DNA from: a virus | Taxonomy: Duplodnaviria; Caudoviricetes | Strand: one strand, 5' to 3' | Virus record (IMG/VR): IMGVR_UViG_3300026094_000002 | Length of the DNA: 64,000 bases | Shown here: positions 50,096-57,496 of the stretch, in pieces | Layout: each line of letters starts with the position of its first letter | How positions within the stretch are numbered: position 1 is the stretch's first letter | Translations under genes and position numbers: made by a program | Notes under the pieces: model-generated | The model's database searches: none | Seen by the model: only the letters and a program-made list of their open reading frames with translations | Told to the model about the DNA's origin: nothing

Positions 50096-50124
50096 AGTAT
50101 ATTCTAATTTAGATAGCGTGTCAA
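50096..50124 (-). promoter_or_regulatory. Sigma70 promoter TTGACA-N17-TATACT
   Basis: Near-consensus, upstream of the AAA ATPase RBS (AAGGA). Confidence 0.75.
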
Positions 50125-50131
50125 TAGTAAA

Positions 50132-50458
50132 TTATACACCAAAACTAGAACCACAGCCACAAGTAGTTTCAGCATTCGGATTATCAATGACGAATTGCTC
50201 GCCCATTAATCCTTCAGTATAATCTATTCTTGCACCTTCGAGATATTGCATGCTGAAGAAATCAACAACAACTTTGTATTCTTCGTTAAGATCAAATTCC
50301 CAATCGCCTTCATCTTGGTCTTCTACAAGTGCAAAGCCATACTGGAATCCAGAACACCCACCACCCTCAATAAATGTTCTTAACTTGAGATTAGGGTTGT
50401 CTTCTTCTTTGAGAATTTCAACTATTTTGGAACGAGCATTGTCGGTAATTTCAATCAT
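50132..50458 (-). CDS. A-type Fe-S cluster carrier (HesB/IscA/ErpA family)
   Basis: GGGCSGFQY and CGCGSSF motifs. Confidence 0.95.
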   Translation of the reverse strand: MIEITDNARSKIVEILKEEDNPNLKLRTFIEGGGCSGFQYGFALVEDQDEGDWEFDLNEEYKVVVDFFSMQYLEGARIDYTEGLMGEQFVIDNPNAETTCGCGSSFGV

Positions 50459-50495
50459 AACAATATTTATAAGGATATAGGAACGAAGTGTAAAA

Positions 50496-50761
50496 TCAGC
50501 CCGTTCTGTTTACAGGTGGGCCAGACCCAGAGCGACTAAGCAGCTAGTGCGAAATCCTCAGAATAAAAATCGTCATTTGCGACTATTTTAGTTTGCTTCT
50601 ACGATCGGGTAACCCCAATCCTAACGGCTTCAGCATTGCCGATTCTCCACGATGCTTCGTTCTGCTCCGTCGAAACTGTTTCATCCCCATAGTTGGTGGA
50701 GATGCCCGGTACTGCCCCGGGGTCCGCAACAGCGTCCCATCGCTTCATCAAATTCTTAATT
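50496..50761 (-). ncRNA. ssrA: Circularly permuted two-piece tmRNA, alphaproteobacterial type
   Basis: Minus strand: T-arm CCCGG-GGCAGTA-CCGGG, CATCTCC-ACCA (CCA end 50694), 5-nt spacer, GGGGATG..TTTCGAC (G1 at 50688, G3.U pair), tag ORF 50580-50536 ANDDFYSEDFALAA*. Confidence 0.92.
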
Positions 50762-51953
50762 AAATATATTTATGTTGTTTATTGCCATCATTATGAAGTA
50801 TTTTGTTTGCAATGTCAATAGCAGTGTATGCACTTAGAGTCCAGCCTAAATGCCCGTGGCCTGTATTATACCATATATTGGAATTCTTCTTGCTCTGCTT
50901 GACAATAGGCATCATGTTCGGTGTCATTGGCCGAAGACCTGCCCACGGAACAACACTTTCTGTATTCATTTGTGGAAATAACTCTTCTGTCCAATCAACC
51001 AATGGCTGGACACGATGTTGGAGAATATCGCGGTTATATCCATTAAATTCTGCTGTACCAGCGGCACGGAAGCGAGACTCGCCCAGTCGGGAACTAACAA
51101 TTTTTGTTTCATCATCAAGCAAACTAGTCCATGGACTATTTCCCGGTTCATTAACAGTAATAGAATATCCTTTTACAGGATAGATTGGCAAGTTATCACC
51201 AATAAGTTTAGCAATGTCACGACTTCCAGTGCCAGCACAAATGACTACTGGTCCTTGCTTTTGGAATAGTTCTAATGAATCCTTGTCAACTGTTTCCTGA
51301 ACAAATTGAACGGCATAATGTCTTTCTAAGCAACGTGCAAGGTTTGTACAAAACTTGTGAATATCACCTGTAAAATCTTCTTCTGTGTAAAATCCACCGA
51401 CAATAGAGCGTCTAGAATTTTGTAGTTCCGGCTCAATAGAAAATACTTCTTCTGAGGTAATTTCATTACGAGCAAGCCCAGCCGACCGATAAATTTTGTT
51501 AGTCAGTCTTGCACTCTGTAAATCTTTCTCATTAGAATAGATGTGCATTATGCCTTGTTTTACACAGTCAAAATCAATTCCCTCACGCTCGGCAATATTT
51601 TTGTAAAGATCGTGTGCTTCAATTGCCATCTCGCAAGTATGGTGTGTATTTTCTTTTCTGTTTGGAATGTGACTTAAAAATTTTGCAAACCAAGAATACT
51701 TGTGAAGTGACGGTGCGGGATTGATTTTTAGCGGTGCATCTTTTCGAAACATCCACTTAGCACCTTTTGCTACATTGTGCCAACTATTCCATACTTCTGA
51801 GTTTGATGCACTTAACTGCCCACCATTTGCATATGATGTTCCCATTCCCGAATATCTTTCTTGATCAACCACAAGAACATCGTAACCTGAACGTGCAAGA
51901 TAATATGCTGTAGTAATACCAGTTATTCCAGCACCGATGACCGTAACTGTCAC
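50760..51953 (-). CDS. FAD-dependent D-amino acid dehydrogenase (DadA-like)
   Basis: VIGAGITG, TSYANGGQ, YPVKGYS, WAGLRPMTP, NTGHGHLGWT. Confidence 0.88.
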   Translation of the reverse strand: MTVTVIGAGITGITTAYYLARSGYDVLVVDQERYSGMGTSYANGGQLSASNSEVWNSWHNVAKGAKWMFRKDAPLKINPAPSLHKYSWFAKFLSHIPNRKENTHHTCEMAIEAHDLYKNIAEREGIDFDCVKQGIMHIYSNEKDLQSARLTNKIYRSAGLARNEITSEEVFSIEPELQNSRRSIVGGFYTEEDFTGDIHKFCTNLARCLERHYAVQFVQETVDKDSLELFQKQGPVVICAGTGSRDIAKLIGDNLPIYPVKGYSITVNEPGNSPWTSLLDDETKIVSSRLGESRFRAAGTAEFNGYNRDILQHRVQPLVDWTEELFPQMNTESVVPWAGLRPMTPNMMPIVKQSKKNSNIWYNTGHGHLGWTLSAYTAIDIANKILHNDGNKQHKYI

Positions 51954-52072
51954 TTTTGTGTGTTCTCCTTTATGTTTTCTTGATCAACTTTTCTTTTTGT
52001 GGGGACAGAACCATAACCCACTGTACGTTCCCATTCAAGATTGGTGAAGATGAACGAATCTTCTTTGTTCAT
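51950..52072 (-). CDS. 40-aa peptide (MNKEDSFIFTNLEWERTVGYGSVPTKRKVDQENIKENTQK), not in the ORF track
   Basis: AAGGAG RBS; GTGA overlap with the DadA-like start. Confidence 0.6.
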   Translation of the reverse strand: MNKEDSFIFTNLEWERTVGYGSVPTKRKVDQENIKENTQK

Positions 52073-52087
52073 GAAGTAACTCCTTAA

Positions 52088-52465
52088 TCACAAATGTTCA
52101 ACGACTTGGTCGCCTTTGCGATTGTGGAAGACGATTTCTTGAACGTTTGTATCAAGTATATATCCCATACAAATTTTGCACGGAAAAGATGCTTTTGGAA
52201 CACCTGCCCGACTGGTACGGACAACTTGTATAGTATGAACATCTTCTCTTGCCCGAATTAAAGCAAGAACTTCTGCATGAAGATTGATTCTTTTTGCCAT
52301 ACCAGCCAGTTCTGCATACTTTGCCTGAATGGGATGGCTTTTTTGTGGCATATTCCATGCGGTAGAGATAAGCCGCCCCCGCTTATCATAACAGGCACAC
52401 GATACCTTGTGCTGATGTGCAGGAGAGTTAAATGCAATATCAAGCATACTTTCAGTTTTAAGCAT
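52088..52465 (-). CDS. Zinc-dependent CMP/dCMP-deaminase-like protein (start moved to MLKTES, 52465)
   Basis: LHAEV and PCKIC zinc motifs; GGAAG RBS; promoter upstream. Confidence 0.8.
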   Translation of the reverse strand: MLKTESMLDIAFNSPAHQHKVSCACYDKRGRLISTAWNMPQKSHPIQAKYAELAGMAKRINLHAEVLALIRAREDVHTIQVVRTSRAGVPKASFPCKICMGYILDTNVQEIVFHNRKGDQVVEHL

Positions 52466-52479
52466 TTTTGCTTCCCAAT
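52426..52479. repeat. 54-bp direct repeat, copy 1 (5' end and RBS of the deaminase)
   Basis: 52/54 identical to 54244..54297. Confidence 0.95.
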
Positions 52480-52496
52480 TACTAATGGATATTAAT

Positions 52497-52526
52497 ATAA
52501 TAGGCACAACAGTTGCGAAAAGTCAA
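52497..52526 (-). promoter_or_regulatory. Sigma70-like promoter TTGACT-N18-TATTAT
   Basis: Upstream of the deaminase start. Confidence 0.5.
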
Positions 52527-52581
52527 GGCACAAAAAATGTATAATATACAAGGGTGCAGTTTGAATTTGTAAAAAAATAAT

Positions 52582-54129
52582 TTAGTATTTTGATTTAGGT
52601 ATTTTAAATAATCTTTCTTTATATTTTCTGGATATATCTTCTCTTTTTGATACAAGGGAATGCCAATCAAAAGTTTTTATTGTCTTGTTAAAGGTGTGTT
52701 CTAGATCAACGCCAGTTATACATGCGTAAAATGCGGATAAACTGCTGATTTTTTTCTCAGCGACATTATTTCCTTTAACGATATAATGGTCAGCTAGATG
52801 GATACATTCAGTTAAGCATGTGTGTTGATTCTCCCATCTATAAGATTTTAAACTTTGATCCCATTCTAATAACGTGTACCCATATTGTGAGTAATTTAAC
52901 TCTATTTTACTTAAAAATTTTTTTTGTAGAGGCCCTATCATTAGTGGAAATATGAGCCAGCTATCCAATCCGCTTTCTCCAGCAACTAACATATCCCCAG
53001 TTTTTTTCATGCTCTCTACTGGTTCTTCTGGGAGTCCAAAGATAAATGTACCATGGAGGGAGACACTGTTTCCATATTTGTTTTTAATATATTTTACGGT
53101 GTCAAACATTTTATCTCTATCACCCCCCTTGCCGATTAACGAAGAAGTTTTTTTGTTTAGTGTTTCGATTCCAAAGTGACAGGCACGGAGTCCGCTATCG
53201 AACAATTTGTCAATGTATTCTTTATGTGCTGTTAATAAATCTAAGCGTATATATGCCCAATATTCAAGTTTAAACGGAAGTTCTTTAGAAATCTGATATA
53301 TTAACTCGATTTTTTCAATGCTGTCGTTAAAAGTATCATCACTAAAGATGTACCTAGTAATGCCAAAATTTTCATAATGGTAAATGAATTCTTTTAATAG
53401 TATATTTTTTAATTTAATGAAATCATTTTTTTTCTTTCCATTTAACGGATATGAACAAAACGCACAATTAAAAATACATCCTCTAGAAATTTCAGTTACT
53501 AATGACTCGTTATCTAATAATAAATCATTTTCATGAAAAAGCATTGGGGTTTCAGAAAAATTATATCCCTCGGCTTTGGCATCATCTATTACTATAGATT
53601 TGTACAAACTCTTCTTGGCGTTTTTTAATGGTTCGTTTTTTGACAAATGATTGGCTAGATTGACAGCAGAGTTGTCTGCGTATCCTATTATAGTGTAGTC
53701 AAAATATTTAATATAAGGCAACACTTGTGCATCAGGTCCACCTAATACTAGTTTACAGTTTTTGTTAAGTGTTTTAATTAAATTAATAATTCTGCTATTA
53801 AATTCTATACCATGTGGCAATAGTGCACCGGGCACTTTTTCGCCAAAACGAATCCCACCGCTCTCCCATTGATTGTCATTATCAATAGTGTTTTGTTGTG
53901 AAATATCTTTATAAAAAAAGGTATTAAATCCAACAAATAATGTATCAGCATCGATAAAGTATTTTAGTGCTTCTTCTATTTCATCAAGTGAAAAAGTATG
54001 TAGAAAATCAATAACTTGTACTTTATAGCCACTATTTCTTAATGCTGCCGCTACTTTATATGGGCCCAATGTTCTAGACAAAAAGACTTCATCAACATTA
54101 TCATTGAGCAATAGAATATTTTTAGTCAT
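52582..54129 (-). CDS. Cobalamin-binding (class B) radical SAM protein, putative methyltransferase
   Basis: N-terminal LGPYKVAAAL..VIDF..LGGP B12-binding-like domain; EISRGCIFNCAFC; FSDDTF; HFGIET; FIFGLP. Confidence 0.88.
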   Translation of the reverse strand: MTKNILLLNDNVDEVFLSRTLGPYKVAAALRNSGYKVQVIDFLHTFSLDEIEEALKYFIDADTLFVGFNTFFYKDISQQNTIDNDNQWESGGIRFGEKVPGALLPHGIEFNSRIINLIKTLNKNCKLVLGGPDAQVLPYIKYFDYTIIGYADNSAVNLANHLSKNEPLKNAKKSLYKSIVIDDAKAEGYNFSETPMLFHENDLLLDNESLVTEISRGCIFNCAFCSYPLNGKKKNDFIKLKNILLKEFIYHYENFGITRYIFSDDTFNDSIEKIELIYQISKELPFKLEYWAYIRLDLLTAHKEYIDKLFDSGLRACHFGIETLNKKTSSLIGKGGDRDKMFDTVKYIKNKYGNSVSLHGTFIFGLPEEPVESMKKTGDMLVAGESGLDSWLIFPLMIGPLQKKFLSKIELNYSQYGYTLLEWDQSLKSYRWENQHTCLTECIHLADHYIVKGNNVAEKKISSLSAFYACITGVDLEHTFNKTIKTFDWHSLVSKREDISRKYKERLFKIPKSKY

Positions 54130-54241
54130 CTAATTATTTAACATTAATATTTTTTAGTAATTTTTAAACCTGATAATATTAAACACGCTGACTTTAGATT
54201 ATATTTTTCTCAAAAATATGCCATCTCATGTCTTTTGATGG

Positions 54242-54283
54242 TCAGTTAAATGCAATATCAAACATACTTTCAGTTTTAAGCAT
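54242..54283 (-). pseudogene. Truncated duplicate of the deaminase N-terminus (MLKTESMFDIAFN*)
   Basis: 13 codons, 12 identical in amino acid to the deaminase start, then TGA. Confidence 0.75.
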
Positions 54284-54297
54284 TTTTGCTTCCTAAT
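54244..54297. repeat. 54-bp direct repeat, copy 2
   Basis: 52/54 identical to 52426..52479. Confidence 0.95.
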
Positions 54298-54342
54298 ATC
54301 TAACAATACTTAGTATTATACGTATGCTGAGTAGAAAGTTAA

Positions 54343-54897
54343 TTATTTGCGACAGGTATCTGCTAAACCTTTTAATAGTGCAGAAGATGGTATTTGTCCC
54401 GGGTGGTTTTTCTCTCGTTGCCATTTCCCCTGTATGCCATATGCAAGAGCCTCTAACGTCCCTTTACAATATTTGCTATTATAGAATCCATTTACTTTTT
54501 GCATAAAGTGAACTAACTCATGAACAAGTATGTGACGGGTATCCCAATCTCTTACACTAAAATTCGTATCAAAATACATTGTGTTCTTACCAGCATGATA
54601 AAGGGCAGCAATATTACTGTTGTTTATTTTCTGTAAATCTTTTTTGGTTTGGTTTTTTGGATCTGGGTCAATACCATAGAATCGTATTGCCATTTCTTCT
54701 CGTGATATTTTTTTAATATTTGGTAATTCTTCTCCATTGTAGTCTAAAAATGTTTCAGAACTAATCCATTCAACATGCTTTAGTACAATTTCTTGGCGTT
54801 GTTGTGTATCAACTTGATGAATTAAAAGTGAAAATATTATTACTATTATAGTAAGTGAAATGTATTTTAAAACAATGGAAAACGTATTATTATGCAC
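54343..54897 (-). CDS. Membrane-anchored zincin-like protein (HExxH)
   Basis: N-terminal hydrophobic helix; LVHELVHFMQ..EALAY; GTG start. Confidence 0.65.
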   Translation of the reverse strand: MHNNTFSIVLKYISLTIIVIIFSLLIHQVDTQQRQEIVLKHVEWISSETFLDYNGEELPNIKKISREEMAIRFYGIDPDPKNQTKKDLQKINNSNIAALYHAGKNTMYFDTNFSVRDWDTRHILVHELVHFMQKVNGFYNSKYCKGTLEALAYGIQGKWQREKNHPGQIPSSALLKGLADTCRK

Positions 54898-54962
54898 CGA
54901 TCCGCTCTCATTTTGAGTATTTAGTGCGTATAAAAAAATTGAACTGAATGCGTAAATAAAAT

Positions 54963-55074
54963 GAGGACATCACATGGGAGCGGACATGTGATGTCCTCGG
55001 GAAAACAACTGCAATCAGGAGCGGTAATTGCAGTTGGCGTTGACTACCGGCTCGGTAATCAGATGCTCGTTTTT
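54963..55074. ncRNA. Candidate three-hairpin small RNA with GGAGCGG (+) / CCGCUCC (-) loops
   Basis: Perfect 14-bp and 10-bp stems sharing the loop 7-mer, plus a third 9-bp stem; intergenic; strand unresolved. Confidence 0.6.
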
Positions 55075-55077
55075 ATT

Positions 55078-55290
55078 TTAACTAAAATATTTGTTTAACA
55101 TCTCTAGTTTGTCATCGTAATCGGCAATTTCAGCCAATTCTTTTTCAATCTCTTCTAAGATATCACCAGAACCCTCGCCAGTACCAACTGGATTTTCTAA
55201 CAGAACTTCTACATTAGCACGGTGCTTTTCAATGTGTCCGACAAAGTGGGCTTCAGCAGATTTGAAAATTGTATCTCTGAGATTTTTCAT
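55078..55290 (-). CDS. Small acidic hypothetical protein (70 aa)
   Basis: HIEKHRANVEVLLENPVG pattern recalled from marine myovirus hypotheticals; not searched. Confidence 0.7.
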   Translation of the reverse strand: MKNLRDTIFKSAEAHFVGHIEKHRANVEVLLENPVGTGEGSGDILEEIEKELAEIADYDDKLEMLNKYFS

Positions 55291-55339
55291 TAATAATAAC
55301 CTATGTTTTCTAAGAGGTATTTAGATAATATAAACCTAA

Positions 55340-56050
55340 TTATAATAATTTTATGAGTGAATTTACTGTTTTGTCTAAATTGCCAAAATTAAAAACGTGT
55401 ATATCAAATTGATTATCCAACTTCTTAACGAATTTGGCTGTATTGAAACCAGAACAAGAAAGATATTTGACTCCAACAACATTAGGAATTATTTCTCGGG
55501 TAGTACGAGCAATACCACAGAGTTTAATGAATTTCAACAATTCTTTTGCAGTACAATTGCTTGGGACACCAACGATTGTTTTTTGATCAAATTGTTTTAA
55601 CAGAGAAAGATTCAAACAAATCTGTGTAATGCCACGGGCAAACTTGGTATATTTGGTTTCGGTTACAGAATCATGCGTTTCGTGTTGAGGATACACTCCA
55701 CATAAAAAATTAAAACCATATTCTTTATCTTTGAGGTCTTTAAGCAAATCAAAGGCATTTCCATAACAGTTTCCATATTTTCTACTGCCCCCAATGATTA
55801 AAACATCTTTAACCCCAAGGTCAACAAATCGATCACAGTTGTCATATAATTCTTTTTTGTTTTTTAGATTGCGAGCGGCAATATGTGGGATAATTTTTAT
55901 TCTTGAATTCTGTCGGCGAAGATTAGAAATAGCGGTTACTGTCTCAGAGAGTCGTGTTCCCGGAAGGTGAGTAACACTTACAGAGTCAACATTTGAGAGG
56001 ACATTTTGGGATAGTTTTTGTTTTGGCGTTTGTTCAACACTTATTTTCAC
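55340..56050 (-). CDS. Methylenetetrahydrofolate reductase-like (MetF family) flavoprotein, short form
   Basis: VSVTHLP, IPHIAARN, VKDVLIIGG, GVYPQHE, ITQ, VGVP follow the MTHFR barrel pattern. Confidence 0.6.
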   Translation of the reverse strand: MKISVEQTPKQKLSQNVLSNVDSVSVTHLPGTRLSETVTAISNLRRQNSRIKIIPHIAARNLKNKKELYDNCDRFVDLGVKDVLIIGGSRKYGNCYGNAFDLLKDLKDKEYGFNFLCGVYPQHETHDSVTETKYTKFARGITQICLNLSLLKQFDQKTIVGVPSNCTAKELLKFIKLCGIARTTREIIPNVVGVKYLSCSGFNTAKFVKKLDNQFDIHVFNFGNLDKTVNSLIKLL

Positions 56051-56122
56051 TGTATTTTACTTTCTTGTTGATAGAAAATATTTATGAATTAGACGGAGAA
56101 ATAGGGAGATATCGCACAAAAA

Positions 56123-56506
56123 TTAAGTAATTTTAGAAAGCCACTCATGGACGTCGCCATACAAAGTTGCTAATGTTGCCTCTTTACTGGAGAAAAAATG
56201 AATCTTGTTGTTCTTTCTGTCAACATAGTATGGCCAATCTAAATTCCTGTCAAGATCTAACAGTATCTTTTGATTTATTTTTTTATCCGATGATATATCA
56301 ACTGACCAAGTATCTAACTCAAGTGTGTCTTTGAAAATTTCATACCCTTTGTTTGTCAACCGAAATCCACCAGTTTTTCTAATATTGTACCACCAAGTAT
56401 TCATTGCTTGGTTGTGGCTATCTTTGTCTTCTTCTGGTATTAAATCAAGTATCTGTTGTGTTAGATTACTTTTTAGATTTCGGGCGTTCAGGGTATACTT
56501 GCTCAC
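56123..56506 (-). CDS. Hypothetical protein (127 aa)
   Basis: ORF in the minus-strand operon. Confidence 0.65.
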   Translation of the reverse strand: MSKYTLNARNLKSNLTQQILDLIPEEDKDSHNQAMNTWWYNIRKTGGFRLTNKGYEIFKDTLELDTWSVDISSDKKINQKILLDLDRNLDWPYYVDRKNNKIHFFSSKEATLATLYGDVHEWLSKIT

Positions 56507-56774
56507 CTTGGTTTAAAAATACCACTGTAAACTTGTCAGTTTTGTATTTTGAATTTAACTTTTTTGCCAAGTTGACGGCGTGTCCTTGGTTTGAAAATGA
56601 GACCTTGACGTATTTTGGCCCGGGATATTGTATCAACTGGTTTGCAGTTTTAAGATTTATTGGACGGCCATCATAAAACACTGCCCAAATTCCGTCAGCA
56701 GCGAGAACCTGTTCAGTTTTATATGTTGCTTTGTCTATTTTTTCTAATAGTATTTCAGGCTTTGGACGCGACAC
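56466..56774 (-). CDS. Basic hypothetical protein (102 aa)
   Basis: GTG start with AAGGA RBS and TAAATA upstream. Confidence 0.7.
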   Translation of the reverse strand: MSRPKPEILLEKIDKATYKTEQVLAADGIWAVFYDGRPINLKTANQLIQYPGPKYVKVSFSNQGHAVNLAKKLNSKYKTDKFTVVFLNQGEQVYPERPKSKK

Positions 56775-56837
56775 TTCTGATAAAATCCTTTATGTTTGGT
56801 GTTATTATTTATCAAAAGTGTTTACTACAGTAACGTC

Positions 56838-57044
56838 TTAGAATTTGCCACCATTCAATTCTATTTTTTCAATAGTAGGTTCTGTTTTATTTTGGGATTC
56901 TTTGAGAGTATCTAATGATAACAAAAGTTTAGTAATTTCAGAGTGTAATGCCTTTGCTTCAGCCACGGACATCGTAAAATCACGTGAGTTAGAAGATACT
57001 CCCCTAACTCTATCAACAAAGCGATATATTGCTGGATAACTCAT
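56838..57044 (-). CDS. Small hypothetical protein (68 aa)
   Basis: ATGA overlap with the upstream gene. Confidence 0.65.
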   Translation of the reverse strand: MSYPAIYRFVDRVRGVSSNSRDFTMSVAEAKALHSEITKLLLSLDTLKESQNKTEPTIEKIELNGGKF

Positions 57045-57496
57045 TTGAACACAAAATCCTCTGGATCTTTTGCCGGTCCAAAATAATCGTAACGCTCAAG
57101 TAGTATAAGTTTTGGACAGAAAACCAATTCCCAATCACGATGCTGTTTTAATTGAAAATACCCAGCGGCATACCATGACTTGCTTTCAGGAGATTTAGTA
57201 AATAATGCCATACGATTTTTCACATCGTATACAGGATTATAAACTGTTGCATCTGCTGGAAACCCATATACAGAATTTTTAGAATGTGTTGGGATAACCT
57301 GTGTGTTAAGTTCATCAAACTCAAGCCCATCTACTTTCTTTATTTCTTCAAGGTTTGTACCTAAAGAATGAACTTGTCCATTAATTCTTAGTGAATAACT
57401 GCCATCTTCGTCAGCAGTTAGTTCGCCTACTTTTTGATTTTGCTCCTTTAGAATCCAAAATTCATCGGATATGACTGGTGTTGCTTTTATCATCAA
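57041..57496 (-). CDS. Hypothetical protein (151 aa)
   Basis: ORF with GGAG RBS, coupled to RNase H. Confidence 0.65.
   Translation of the reverse strand: MMIKATPVISDEFWILKEQNQKVGELTADEDGSYSLRINGQVHSLGTNLEEIKKVDGLEFDELNTQVIPTHSKNSVYGFPADATVYNPVYDVKNRMALFTKSPESKSWYAAGYFQLKQHRDWELVFCPKLILLERYDYFGPAKDPEDFVFK

Noticed and set aside
50694-50730. Stand-alone tRNA-Ala or tRNA pseudogene
   Set aside because: Only a T-arm and CCA are present, no anticodon arm; the 5' acceptor strand lies downstream, which is explained by a permuted tmRNA
52426-54297. IS element or diversity-generating retroelement
   Set aside because: No transposase, inverted repeats or reverse transcriptase; only two mismatches between the copies, too few to suggest DGR mutagenesis
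54920-54960. SAM-II/SAM-V riboswitch suggested by TTGAACTG near metF-like and radical SAM genes
   Set aside because: No flanking P1 stem and no same-strand gene downstream
54961-55098. 45-aa + strand ORF (MRTSHGSGHV...) across the hairpins
   Set aside because: No SD, ATG only 2 nt after TAAATA (upstream of the expected +1), buried in a 14-bp stem and overlapping a convergent gene; RNA structure explains the sequence better
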